Source: Tubiluchus corallicola (Eukaryota; Animalia; Priapulida). From it: a stretch of 64,000 bases of DNA. Location: contig JAQGDQ010000652.1 in the NCBI GenBank assembly GCA_030141605.1, positions 55,077-119,076 of the forward strand. The letters are read 5' to 3'. This document shows positions 1 through 39,522 of this stretch, piece after piece (the stretch's first letter is position 1; every line of letters starts with the position of its first letter). The notes beneath the pieces were generated by a model. It had not been told where the DNA came from, searched no databases, and saw only the letters and a list, made by a program, of their open reading frames with translations. The translations under genes and the position numbers were made by a program.

Positions 1-64
1 ATCAATTTTTCCATGCTACATTGTGCACTATGACTCTAAACCACAGACATTATATATCACTTTT

Positions 65-95
<31 letters not shown>

Positions 96-1355
96 CACAC
101 ATCTACATTATATATAATAATCTTTATTTGCCATTAAAATACATCTATAATCACTGATAAAAACTTTACAGAGATGATCAATCAGTGTTAGTTAATAAAA
201 ACTTACACTGCTAAAGGCAAATGTGTCAGTGCAATCTAAACTACTGTGCAGTAATGGAAAGTAACGACGAATAAAATCAAACATATTTACAACTATGCAC
301 AAAAAAATGAAAAATGTCATGAGCTGTGCTGAGGTTTAGCCTGCTTTACAGTTGAGGGGGTATTGTACTTGTTAAATCACGTTTGTGGCCCAAAGACGTG
401 TTTAAACATGCTACTTACAGGTGAGCTAGAGGTTGCAATGTTAGCAAGTTAAGGTCGAGACTGTATTTCTAATGGAAACCTTCATAAGTCCTGTGAAGCA
501 TTGAGATTTTTATGGCTTGGGGAGCGAGCGTAGGATTTTGGTCACGAATGCATCCCACAATTCCTTGAATCGGGAAAAATCAGCCTGTTTTTTTCATGTA
601 TTTTTTTACCTTTCAATTTTTTTGATAGCTGAAGATGTCTTGCTGTGTCTTGTGTGGGGGTGAGGTAGCAAAGTAGTCGCACTTTGGTTAGTGACCATAG
701 TGAACGATAATGCTGGCCAGGAAGTGTGACCCTTCGTGTCCAGTACTAGGTCTACGTGTCTCGTGGAAAGGAAGTGAATTCATATATCCAAACATGTTTG
801 CGGCACCTAAAAAGATAAATTACTACACAAACACACAAAATACTAACTGTATTTACCTTTCAACATTAAAATTACAATAAAATTTACTAGAAAAAGGTAA
901 ATGACTATACATAAACAAACACACAAAATACTAACTGTATTTACCTTTTATTTCATTGTTAAAATTGCCATATAACTTACTAAAAAAGGTAAATTACTGC
1001 ACATAAACAAACATGCAAAATACTAATTGTACTAATTATATTCAACAACAACAAATATTAAAAGCTACTCACGCCAAATAAGAAATGAGGTTCACAACCT
1101 AAAAATTTTGAAGTATATCTCACATCAGAGTCATTAGCAGCATTTGCTATCAGAGTATTGGCAGATTACACAATTCTAGTCAGCAGACTATAGTAACACT
1201 TGTGTCGTACATGAATAAAATGTGGACGAGACAAATCTACACACATCTCAGATGCACTGTCATCATATATAAGTTTAAGAAAGTTTCTTTATACGATTGT
1301 AATATCCCTAAGTTTCTCTGGAAATCTGGTTCAATGTTTTCAGAGTTAGTCTTAA

Positions 1356-1934
1356 AGGAAGACAGGATAATCTTTCATATCCTGCCCCATTTTCAAGTCC
1401 AATAAAAGTACACATTTTAACACGATTAATACTGCAAAAGCGTTTCTGATTATTAAATAATAGATTAAAAACTTAATTAACGGCCAGCGAGCCCAACTAT
1501 TGATGACATCACAAAGTAACATGATTTTTAACATCAAAAATATTCTACGAGCGTGTAGCACGTGTTTGCTAAAGCAAAAATTGAAGTACAGCACCACTAT
1601 GAGAGATTCAGTGTGTTGTACTAAAACTAGGCAAGTTTTAAGATAAAAGCATGAGTTGTCGAACGTGTGTAGTTTATCACAAACTAACACATCCGAACTG
1701 AGAGGTACAGCACCTGTTTTTGTGCAATGCGTGTCTAAAATGCAGGTGCTAGTGCCCGTCTAACAAATAGCGAAATGCATGTAACAGTGAAAAACTGGGG
1801 CGAACGTGAAATTGTGTTTGTGTGGTAATAATTCTTTCACGTGAATCATTTTTGTGAAAATAGTATGTTTCCTTTCAATATTTTAAAGACTAGATTATTT
1901 TGACCTAAAGTTTAAGATTGGATCCGGTTTTGCT
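1356..1934 (+). mobile_element. Kolobok-like non-autonomous DNA transposon (family K1)
   Basis: TTAA flanks at 1352-1355 and 1935-1938; imperfect TIRs AGGAAGACAGGAT / ATCCGGTTTTGCT; several related copies in the window. Confidence 0.7.
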
Positions 1935-2755
1935 TTAAAAATAAACCAAATTCTAATGCCAAATTCTGATCCAGTTTGTCGAAAATGAGATTATGAAGTT
2001 TATTCTGTAACGTCTGCACTATAAACAGGTGAGCATGTTTTCGTGATAATTAAGCATTCTTAACTCCGTTTACCAATCCACCACCAGGCTTATTCAACCG
2101 ATCAACATCACTCAAGGCATGTTTCACTGTATTTTAATTAAAAGGTGAACGGGGCTCGTTGTACCCAAACAGGTTATTGTTGAGGAATAATTGTAGGATT
2201 GCTGCATATCTAGGTGTTCCCTGAACAATAGCCCCGAGGGTTACTGTCTATGGGTATTGGAATGTAATGTTGACATTGATCTGTGCAGGAAGATACAGCA
2301 GTGCATCCTTTAAGCAGCTACTGTGATTCTTATTAACTACTTCAGTGTCAGGGTTATGGAAATGTGTGCAGCACAGCAAAATCTTCCACAAGTTTGCAAT
2401 TAAGCTTTTCTAGCTTTCTTTTCTCACATATCCTGAATCTCCATTTCATGAGGATCGTTTTGATACCAAGTTCATTGCTCTATGTCACTTTCTTGATAAT
2501 TTGATGCTAGACTACAAAAGTCAATATATTTAGCGTTGTTTTTTACAAAGTACAAAAAATTGACATTTGACCAGTTTTTTGGATCATTCTACTTTGAAGC
2601 ATCATAATGTAGTTTTAGCTATGCCGACTTATGAATGGTTTTGGTATGCAAGCACACAGTTAATTTTTATTTTCACTGAAAGTACATAAATTTGGTTATA
2701 TTTAGGCCTTAAATTGAAATCATTTCATTTCTGATTGTTTTGTTTTGTTTCTCAG

Positions 2756-28398
<25,643 letters not shown>

Positions 28399-28585
28399 AG
28401 AAATCTTACCTTGTTTTTTTATATTCGTACAACCGTAAAAGCAGAAACGGACCATCCAACTCATTTGCCAGCGCTAATATGCATAGTTACTAGGAGTATC
28501 AAGAACTTTGGGGCATTGATAAGCATCATTTCTTTAACTTAGGACATTGTATTATTTCAACCTTCTGCTTAATTTCTGATGCTAC

Positions 28586-29057
28586 CAGGGATGAGAATTT
28601 CCGGAATTCAGAGTTATTGGAAGACCAGTAGTGCCATTTTTGTAAATCACGTAAATTCGATGAGAAAATTTTTACGGACCCAGTACATTATTTCACAAGC
28701 TGACCGCTAGTTGGCAGGCCGTCACTTTGTTTACATCACGTACATCAGTGTAACCGCGTGTATATCTCTATGTATAAGAATATGGAATCAATTGTGTGGA
28801 GTTATTTGAGTCAATTGCAGACAGTTTTTATATACTTTTGCATAGGAGTGGCCAGTAGTTTTTGAGAAAATTAGGTATCATGTATCCTTGATAGTTGGGT
28901 ATTTTAAATTATGCATGAAACAAGGTAATTGATATTTTAAGTCCGCTTTGAGGCTCTCTATGGTCACAAAATCGCAATTTGTTGCTGGATTGCCTATGCG
29001 GCCCCCAAACCCCCGGCCTGTTTCAGAGTTTTTTGCAATTTGTCATTCTCATCCCTG
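28586..29057 (+). mobile_element. hAT MITE family H1, copy 3, just downstream of the ERM stop
   Basis: TIRs CAGGGATGAGAAT / ATTCTCATCCCTG with perfect 8-bp TSD GATGCTAC (28578-28585, 29058-29065). Confidence 0.9.
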
Positions 29058-29394
29058 GATGCTACTGTACACATGAGTGCTAAATCCACCGGACGGTTAT
29101 CGGTCATTTTTGGCTTGTGAAACCAATTGTAGACAATTGAATTATTTTACAGACATATTAGTGTATATCTTGGTTGGTGCCATATTATTTATCATGTTAT
29201 ATTTGCTGTATGAAAAACTGCTATCGTTTTGTTACATCGTAGAATGAAACATCCGGCTTTTGCTGGTTTTCGTCTGTGACATAATATAACCAGAAGCACA
29301 ATATATTGGAGTTGTTAGTAAACCATATGCACAGTTTAAAAGTTGTCGTACGACTTTTGAATCTTTCAAATTAAATTGCAGTTGCATAATGATG

Positions 29395-29705
29395 CATAAA
29401 AATGTTTTTAGATCTGTACTTGTAAGAATCTCGCTGTTTGTTAAAGGAGCAGTCAACAGTTTTTTCGCTGCATCACTGTAACAGACAAAAACCACACTCT
29501 GAATAGGAAAAAAGTGCAAAAAATGTTTTTAGATCTGTATTTGTAGGAATCTCGTTGTTTGTTAAAGGAGCAGTCAACAGTTTTTTGCTGCATCACTGTA
29601 ACAAATACTGAATAGGAAAAAAAGTGCATAAAAATGTTTTTAGATCTGTATTTGTAGCAATTTCACTGTTTGTTAAAGGAGCAGTCAACAGTTTTTTCAC
29701 TGCAT
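29395..29705. repeat. Tandem repeat, ~120-bp unit x3
   Basis: aaaatgtttttagatctgta...gttaaaggagcagtcaacag repeated. Confidence 0.9.
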
Positions 29706-30349
29706 AATTAAAAATATTGGTTACATGTTTGTTAACGCTAGGAGATGACAGCATATAACAAGGAAAAAAAATACTCTTAATCGAAAAAACAAAAAATAGT
29801 GCTCACAGACATCTGTAACGGAAGTAATTTTTTAGCTGTGGCTCCTACTTGATTGTATTAGTACATTTCTCTGAGAAATGCTGTTATTAATGTATTACTG
29901 GAAAATACTAGCGTTAATGCGCTATTTTTCCTGTGCAATGCACAAAATTTGCAAGTTGATGAACTAGCGCCATAGTGAAAATGAATTACGCCATTTTGAA
30001 ATTCGTTATTGCTATTGTTATGCCACGTGTGCCGCAGTTTTGCAGAAAAAAACTCATTAGTGCTGTATAGTTTTGATTTTCTTCAACTAATGTGTAACCT
30101 TGTTGTACCTTGCAATATCAGTTGAAAAATTTTATTATTTTTAGTAAAAACTTTTTGTACGCGAGGTTGCTAATTGAGCATTAATTAAGGCTGTTTTGTA
30201 TTTAAACAATTTGCTTTTGCGTATCATTACTGTGCTATTTTTAGAATCTCTGTCTCTGTATTCAGGATAGTAAAAGTAGCCAAAGTGCCCTTTAGGTCTA
30301 AAAATGCTTTATTTTGTACTTGAGAAACTTTCGTCTCTCGTCGGCTTCA

Positions 30350-30960
30350 TCAGCTCAAATCAGCTTGAAAGATGTTGAAAGATCTGGCTATATCAAGCTA
30401 ACTATATCTTTCAAGATTGATTCAAGGTATATTTCAAGATCCATCGGGTTGATTTCAGTTGATAAAGACTGTCAGCTGAAATCAACTTGATGTAGCTAAA
30501 TCTTGAAAGATTTTGAAAGATATTGTAGCTGTATTTTTCAAGATTGATACAAGATATATTTCAAGATCTATTAGGTTGATTTCAGTTGATAAAGTCCATC
30601 AGCTGAAATCAATTTGATGTAGCTAAATCTTGAAAGATTTTGAAAGATCTTGTAGCTGTACTTTTCAAGATATATTTCAAGATCTATTAGTTTGATTTCA
30701 GTTGATAAAGTCCATCAGCTGAAATCAATTTGATGTAGCTAAATCTTGAAAGATTTTGAAAGATCTTGTAGCTGTACTTTTCAAGATTGATTCAAGATAT
30801 ATTTCAAGATCTATTAGGTTGATTTCAGTTGATGAAGACTGTCAGCTGAAATCAATTTGATCTAGCTAAATCTTGAAAGATTTTGAAAGACATTGTATCT
30901 GTATCTTTCAAGATTGATTCAAGATATATTTCCAGATCTGTCAGGTTGATTTTAGCTGAT
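30350..30960. repeat. Tandem repeat, ~120-130-bp unit x ~5, rich in short internal inverted motifs
   Basis: cagctgaaatcaa...tcttgaaagattttgaaag...tttcaagat...gatttcagttga repeated. Confidence 0.9.
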
Positions 30961-31833
30961 TTAGTCCTCGAGGACAGAAATCTTCTGAAGGAAAAAATAA
31001 GGAATTGCTTGGACTTCAAGGGAATTTTGACTTTTTTACCGTTTATGACTGTGGCGAGTCTCAAATGAGTGCTATCTTATTTTCAAGATGTATTCAAGAC
31101 TTAGAATCTCAGCTTAGTGTTATTTGTACGGCTGCTCTTTTGTTATTAAACTGTGGCTTTAGAATCTGTGTCTGTTGCACGGTGAAGATGTAGCAGCGTT
31201 CTGCACAATTTCTGTGCGGTTGTCAAATTTTAGTTTTCTTAAATGGTGCACCAAAATAATCTGTGATCACGTGACAATTTGAGGTGATTTGAAAGTATTA
31301 AGTTTGATGGTAACTTGTGCTGTTTGAAATGTTTGCATTTGCCTTGGGCCTTGTGTGTGCAACTTTATACTTTTTTGCTCCATAGATGGCGCACGTGCCT
31401 AAAAAGTTTACTGTTTCGTGCCGCCAGGCAAAAACGGTGATATAAATAATTCCAATCACTGTATTTTCATAATCTGGATTTTGGAATTGTTTTTGAACGT
31501 GTGTTAATTGCCATTGCAATTTATTGAATATCTCTGAAAAATATGTAAATTTTGGGAGCCACTATTAATATTATTGCAACACTAACGAACGTTTTGCTTT
31601 GGTTAGCAATCTCATACTTAATAGCCTTCTTATGATTATTATTCTTACCACATTTTCAACGTTTTATATTCAAGCATACGCCCTGAGAGAACAAGTGATA
31701 CGTTTGTGACGTTAATGAATGTTTACAATTTACAAGTGGCGAATTTAAAAAAAAACGGCAATCCTCGCATTTCTAATTAACCCACGTAAACAATGATAAT
31801 GTACATGGTTGCTTACAAATATCATGTTGTATT

Positions 31834-31839
31834 AATAAA
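31834..31839 (+). terminator. Candidate polyadenylation signal of the ERM gene
   Basis: AATAAA followed ~20 nt later by a GT/T-rich tract (tttttgttcgtgttttgtttggtttc); would imply a ~3.4-kb 3' UTR. Inference only. Confidence 0.4.
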
Positions 31840-33399
31840 ATAATGCAATTATTGATTTTTTGTTCGTGTTTTGTTTGGTTTCTGAGCTGGAGTGTGACCA
31901 AATCATAAAACGTAACTGATGTAACCTATCTGTGTTGGCTATAGCTGCGTAGCCTAACCTCACATGTTCCGCGAAGAGCCACAGAACGTAACTAAATAAA
32001 ATGTCAACTTGTAGACTCGTTATAAACCTTTTTCAAAGAAATCTTAAATATTTAAATGTTGCTCTTCCATGCTGTTCACAACATTTAACTAAATTCTTTT
32101 AACAAGATCTCAGTTCAAGTTCCACTTTTTCCCAATGCATGAAATTAAACTTTATATACCCTAGGAAAACAACCGCTTATAAATCCAACGTTTTCCCTCG
32201 GATTTCTTCTCTATGGAATTTTTTACCAGATAATTGTTGCCTTGTTGAAATCTACAATTTTGCTCAGTTTGATTATGAAGAACATCAATAGATATCTAAT
32301 ACTAGCAAATTCTTAATGGGTATTCTTTTTCTTTTGACACGTGTTCTACTGTAGTCTCTCTTGCTTTAACTGAGTTGTCATTAACCTTTTTAATGCGTAT
32401 AAAATATTGCATACATAGCCTGTTCACATGGAAATTTCGTTAAGCTTTGAAACTTAAAAATACCTCAATTTCTAAATCTTATTTCTATTATAAATCATGT
32501 TAATTTTCCCTTGTAATTAGTGTATGTTAACATTTTGTATATACTGGCCACAAATTAATTGTTGAAATTTATGTTTGCACACCACAAGCACTTACGTGAA
32601 AATAGGTAATAAAAATCATTTCACACACACACACACTTGTATTAAAATTCCATGATTCTCTGTATTTGTTGTCAATGTTCTATATAATTATGTTAATATA
32701 CACTTAAGTGTTGCATCACGAGTTTGTGAAACATATTTCTTTGCAGTGAAACTTTATTATAAACCGTCTAAGCGCAAACAATTTTCCACCTCTATCAAAT
32801 TAATTGGCCTTGTTTTTTTTAATGTATTAATTAAGATAAGTGTTTCTAATTTTTTTACACTTACGTAGGATAATTTTATTCGCAAACAAGTGCCAAAAAC
32901 TTCGCAGAAAAGCTCAAACCCCTAGCCACGATATCTCCCATTTTTCACATTGTAAATGATGATACAGCCCCTTAACTATGTTAGTTTGACGTGGAAATAT
33001 GTTGAGCTTCATTTTCAGCCCCACTTTCTATCTAAGTCATTGTTCAAGATTCATCCAAAGCGCACCTTGCAAAATCTGAAAGTTTTTCCTTGATTAACGC
33101 GCCAGCTGCAACTCCCGTAATTATGAGAAATCCGCTGGGGGCAAGTTAAAAATGACAAAGTCGTGGTGTTTCGACGATCTTAGCTGCAAAAACAAAAAAT
33201 AGTCAAAGGCTCTGCTGATAATTAGCTATTGCGACTCTTTCATTGTCATCTGCAAAGCGTGCTAGTTATCATCTCAACTTACGCGGTTGCAAACTTCGGC
33301 AAGGCGGACAGAATTTTATCAGGATTCATCATAACAAGAACGCCCTATTTGCTTTCAATGCAGTACGCAGCATAAAAACGCCATCTGCTGTAGTCTTCG

Positions 33400-34467
33400 G
33401 TTTACCCTTTGCAGGGAGCAAAGCACTATTGCAGTTGTGGTAGCAGAAAGACTGCGCACAGAGAGACAGTGAACCGAACTTTGCCTGCTTGTTGAACAGC
33501 TGCAGCGCAGGGAGGGTGGTTTATAACGGGAATAGCCGCTGCAATATAGAATGTCAAATACCACATTTTCTTAACGAGGTCCGAAGTTTTATTGTCACAA
33601 GACTTTACTTTGGTATTAGTGCATTAAATAAAAATTAAATTGGAATCAAAAAATGGCCTAGAAGTATGCTAAAACTGGAAACAAAATATCTCTTAGCCTA
33701 AAACCTGTTGTGTGCAACGCATTGGATTTTCGCTCGGCTGACGTCATCCGCCAAACCCTATGGCAAGGCAAAACTGTAGAATTTTGTCCGCTGTTTCCCC
33801 TTGGTAAACGTTTTTAGTCATTTCTGCGAAGCAAACGCGCAACGCTAAGTTGCGCCAAATATTTTTTAGTATAGGTGTTTTAAAAACTCTTTATTCTTTT
33901 GCCTTATGACCGGTGGTAAAACCAGGCAGGGCTTGTTTTTCTTTCGTAATTGCATCAGGGAGGTAAACGGATCGGCTAATTGAAAAAGCTGAATTGTATA
34001 GAATGCCTACGACGCCTCACACACCGCTATTTGTACACTTCCACTCGTTGGACGAACGCATAAAAGTAGTTCCACAAGGATAATCGCGAATTATTAGAAA
34101 ACGACTAATGATTTCACAAAAACAACAACGCCATGTAATTCAACTGTAGTTCTAATTCTAAATTTCTTAGCAACTTTGTTTAAACACGGATAAAAATAAT
34201 TAGAAAATGTTTAAGGGCGCAATAATTTATCGGCTAACGTTGCCAATGGTTTGCCAGCGTCGAAGGTGCAATGTATGTATGTATTGGTGATAAGGCCATG
34301 CTCTTATATGAGTAGCACCAAATTTTTTTATAAGTCATTAGTGTTATTTGTGCCAATAAAAAAGAGAAAACGTGAACTTATTGTAATGAAAGTATAGTAG
34401 TGAAGTATTTAACACCGGAAAGCTGACAAATGCATGGAAGAGAGCGGGGTGTTGGCGCTAGAGAGGA
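33400..34467 (+). promoter_or_regulatory. Probable ARID1 promoter/5' UTR region
   Basis: CpG-richer stretch upstream of the ATG with palindromic CRE TGACGTCA (33739-33746), reverse CCAAT (33721) and ETS-like CCGGAA (34415). Motif presence only. Confidence 0.35.
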
Positions 34468-35268
34468 ATGGCAACAGAGATCCTATCCACTGGGAGAAAA
34501 TCTGAACAAAAGGGTGCAGAAGACAGCTCAGATGCAGCCCCTAAAAAGAAGGCTAAAGGTATAAAAACAAACTACAAACGCAAAGACTTAAATGGTGACT
34601 CGTTTAATGGCAATTGTGTAATAAATGAAAGCGTGAGTAAAGCTAGAATTCGCAATGAATTGACAATGGAGAGGTCTATTCAAGATGGTGGAAGTGCACA
34701 TATGATGAATTCGATGGACCAGGGGCAATACCACAATAGTGGCCATCAAGCAGGGTATCTTCAAGGAAGTGGAGATACAACTATAAATAGCCAAGATTAC
34801 GGTAAAATGAATGATACTGGACAAATGCATAACAGTTATAATGGAGGTTATAACAGAAGTTATTATGATCAGGCAAATATGAATGAAGTACCATCAAATT
34901 CTCAGCCTAGTAACATGTTTAACCAATATGGGCAGCAGTCATACAATAAAGGGATGTTATCTGGGTCTAGGAGTGGAATTGGGATTCAAGGCATGCCGAT
35001 GAATAATTACCCCGGACAACCTCGTATGTTGTCCGGACAAAGTATCAGTCAACAAGCCGGTCCTACTCCAACGCTCAATCAACTTCTTCAGTCGCCAAAT
35101 CCTGCCACTAGATATCAGAACTCTTATAGTGATTATGGACGCAATCAACTGCCTCCTGGTGGCCAAATAGATGGGGCAAACATGCAATATGGAAGTCCAT
35201 CTCAGAGTTGGGCTAGGGGACCATATCATCAGCAGTCGTCCGGGACCCGAATGCCAGGATACAGCCAG
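34468..35268 (+). CDS. ARID1: ARID1/Osa (BAF250) first coding exon, 267 aa
   Basis: ATG at 34468; Q/G/P/Y-rich low complexity with the conserved ARID1/Osa motif GPTPTLNQLLQSP; ends CAG/gtatat, phase 0. Confidence 0.85.
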
Positions 35269-38200
35269 GTATATCGTCTTGTATTTACTATTAAAGTATA
35301 GCAAAGGCATGGTCACTAGGCTTTGAAATGAGTAAACTCTCATTGGAACGTATTTTCTAAAAAAAGTCTGATTTATCGGTTGTTTGCCCGAACAAGCGAT
35401 TTCTCACAGCTCGTGAAGGAATATGGAAGTCGGGTGGATTGCTGATCTTGCAAATTAACAAATTACCTTGTAATCTAAGTAAACTTATATTTGGCAGCCC
35501 TGGGCTCAAAATTTCAAACTTGTGCTGAAAGTTTCCGTTTGTAATATTACCACTTGCTGCGATGCAGAATTTCAAAAATCGTTTTTGAAGTAAATCAAAC
35601 TTTATTAAACTCGGCATAAATCTGTGCTGTACGTAGTAGCCAGTGGTAGGTTCTAGGCAGCATTTAATAAGTTGGTTAGTATTTCTATTTTTAACTGAAA
35701 AATCTTTGTGCCTTGAATATAAATTTCTAAAAATGTAAAGGTGAGAAAGTACTGAAGCGAACAAACACTTCCTCCTGTATGTGAACAGATAATGGCTGTG
35801 ACATCTTTGGGAACGAAACATTCAAATTTCTGAACGAAACAGTTGTTAAATAATGTATTTCCATTGCAGTAGGGACAACCAAATTTCAAACTAAACACAG
35901 CCAATTGATAAAATTTATAAAGTAACTTTTGCAATATTTTACAAGATCAAGGAAGCAAACCAAAAGCGCGCATGCAGTTTGCGCTCACAAACATGCTTCA
36001 TCAGAATCGTTTGAGTGACATCGACTAGCTGCGAGATTACGGCGCCTTTGGCCGATCTATGTTTACTGCCGAAAAAATATAAATTTATTATTATGAATAC
36101 TGGTGGTACACTGCACAATAAACTGGTGCATTTTGTATGAATTAGTACTGCATCTTTGTACTTGTAAGGCTGTTCATTGTATACTGCGTGTGATTAAGCA
36201 CAAGTCCATTAAAAAAATTGGGTGCATATCTGGAGTTGGTTATTGACTCGATTTAGAAAAAATGTGATTTACTACAAATAAGCATCATTTGTTATAAAAT
36301 CTCATACCCAGTGTTCAACATACCGAACGCAGACTTACACGATATCACATAAAAACTGCTTAAGCATCTGACTTCCAGTCAGCAGATCAGATATAATTGT
36401 TAATGTGATACAGTAAACTTAATTTCTTAGTCAAAGTATTTTTTGTAGTTTTTTGTTATAATTCAAATAGGCTAGTTGGCTAGGGGCTTTATGAATTCTA
36501 GTAATTTCAGAATTCTCAAGTAACCTGGTGAAAAAAATGTCAAATAGCAAAAAAAAAAACAGGTGACGAAAAAAACAAGAACAATCGAGTTTTGTAAAGT
36601 AGCTTTTTTGAGAGTAGCAACTACCTCTAGGTACATGACATATTGTTTAAAGATTCGTAGGAATGAAATTTAGAATTTATTTGCTAAATTATTATATATT
36701 TATTTTATTTTACGTAGTATGATCAATAATAGTAATAGCTAGTTTTTTAAATCTTCTTTTATTTGCTGCAAATTTACTAGTAGCTTCATTGCACCTTAAA
36801 TATGGAAAATTAACTGTCCAGTGTCTTTCTCGGACAGTATTAGCTGTGTCTGATGTGTGTTATCTGCATTATCTAGTGATACATTACCTATTACTAGGTT
36901 GGCACTGATTGTTATCTTACATTATAGTTGACAGTGTACACAAATGTGCAGTCTTGTTCGATTGTCAAAGTTCTGAGGGAGTTCACGGGGTTAACTTCTT
37001 CGGGTTTTAACGTCTTCTGAAATGTGGACTTTCCAAAGACCTGTAATTTCGCATCTTTTGTCTGCAGTAGCTTGCCTGTGGTATGCCTCGGTTTTCTGCA
37101 CTGTCATCCATCATTGTACACAACAATACAAGTGTTGCTGTGCTTCAAAAGTTGCTTAAATCATTACGCAAGTGTAATTCTTGTCTGTGCATTCATTCAC
37201 TGTATTACACGCTGCACAAAAACCACATTTTGTGCATAGATTAAACTTCCGTGCAGAAAATGCTTGGCTTAGCTAACTGTTTGGTGGCTGATTTTATTGG
37301 CCTTTGAAAATATCGACATTGTTTTTACATTTTACCCAAAACATAAAGCAAAAGTTTACATGAAGTCGGTTGCTGGGATCTAGGGGTCTGAATTGCAGCA
37401 AAACCCACTTAAAATAAATCAACCATCCTACAAACTTTTTGTCGTGTGTGTTGGTAACGTTTCATTAGAAGGTTCTATAGCTAATTAGCTAACACAATTT
37501 AAGTGAGCAAAGTTTCATTCGTTCATCTGGTCAAGCTTAGCTCAGCAGTTTTTGTTGAGAAATTTAGATGCATCACCCAATTATTCACTTCAAATTTGCT
37601 GATGAGTTTATACTGGGATGCTGCTTGCAAGTTTGCATGAAGTTTTTTTGAACTAATTAATATTAATACTGATCAACTTGACCTAAATAATTAATGCCAA
37701 TAGTCGGTCACTATGCGGGGGCTGCAGTTTGCAAGTAGAAATGTAAATGTAAGCCAAGCAAGTCAAAGTTCTTATAAGTATGTTGCTATGATAAAGTTAT
37801 CTTTTGATTTTCTTATGCAAAGTTGTTGTTAGGATGTAAAACATTTTCCGCTGGAGAATTCCAAAGATAAGTGGTCCGGGGGAAATTATGTACTACTTTA
37901 CATGTAGGTAACAATGTCCACAGTAAAAGTGGCAGCAAAGCAAATTTTCAGGACTGACGGCAATATAATTTGGTAAATTTGTGCATTTATGAAGTGGGCC
38001 AACTAAATTTTCAAAATATTTCGAAGCGTATATAATAATATTTCTTCAATTAGACAATTAGACATGCCATCTTTTTCAAAAATGGTGCAGTGTGTTACAT
38101 AAATTTTCTGCAAAACTAATCTCATAAATATAAACTCGTCAAAAACTGGCACATTGGTACGTTAGAACATGGGTTTTTACCACATATGTGCTTTTTCACC

Positions 38201-39221
38201 TTGGCCTAATGTACACGATTTATCCACAGGTACTACGGTTGCCATCTTCAATTAGAAAATGGCTGGCCACTGTAGTCCTGATTTTTTATGCAACTCAGTG
38301 GCCTATTCTATTTAAATTTGATGTTTGTGTCGAGACCAAAATTCGCGCATTATGACCGAGGCTAGCTCTCTAAATTCAGGCAATGAACAGTCAAAGGTGA
38401 CACAGCCATGTTCGGATGCATACATTCTGCCTTGTGCTAGGAGATGAACAGCCAGAATGGCTATGGCGAGTGAAATTACTCAAAGCAAGAATTGATCTCA
38501 TGTAGTCACATCCATTCACCAGAAACAGTGTGGCTTAACTTCAACCGCAAAGCACAGGCACGTGACCTTTCAGCTGTTCTTCCCTCGGTTTAATACACCT
38601 GTTATTTGCTTATATACAACATATTTTTAAATACAAATATTTATCGCTATCGAAATGGTTAGAAACTTAGAGATATGACTGAAATTTACAGTATAACTGT
38701 AGAACTATTCCATGCATTGTTTAAGTAACACGTTAAACTCAAAAAGATGGAATTTTTATTGATCATAACTTCTCTAAATCAGCTGCTTAATTTTTGCGTA
38801 TGACTTACTTTAAGCCCGACATTTGAAACATAGGTAGATTTTCACGGATATAGAAATTGGATTAATTATCTCAATATTACAGCGAATGCAGTTACAGTAT
38901 CTTAAAAGGCAACGTGATTGGATTTGGGTTTTTTGCTGTACGGTGCTGCCGCTTTGCTAAAAATTTCCTGTTCAACGCGTGAAGGCTCAGAATGTAGGGC
39001 ATGACATACATGTACAGTACGCGTGATGTTGCTTTGATGTTTATTGCCTAGCCTAGGCTAACTTTACCAATTACACTACAGTGTGGTACAGTTAACACAG
39101 TAACGTATTGTGTCAGCTGTAGCGTCATCAACAAAGATTTCGCCGCTTTCCCTATTAAGCGATTTTCAATTTAAACAGATTTCTTTTGTATTAGAATTCA
39201 TCATGCCCAATGTACAAGCTC

Positions 39222-39522
39222 GTGATGAATTTCCACTATGTGTACTGGAGGAATTTTCCAGAATTTCACGTTTCACATTGTGGGATGAATTTCCACTATG
39301 TGTACTGGAGGAAATTTCACGTTTCACATTTCGGGATGAATTTCCACTATGTGTAGTGGAGGAAATTTCCAGAATTTCACGTTTCGTATTTTGGGATGAA
39401 TTTCCACTATGTGTACTGGAGGAAATTTCCAGAATTTCACGTTTAGTATTTTGGGATGAATTTCCACTATGTGTACTGGAGGAAATGTCCAGAATTTCAC
39501 GTTTAACATTTTGGGATGAATT
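39222..39522. repeat. Minisatellite, ~60-bp unit x5
   Basis: gatgaatttccactatgtgtactggaggaaatttccagaatttcacgttt repeated. Confidence 0.92.

Noticed and set aside
1202-1690. Recurrent short ORFs with similar peptides (LVLVQHTE..., also 43553 and 56796)
   Set aside because: They are translations of copies of the same non-coding K1 MITE, not a gene family; no transposase motif
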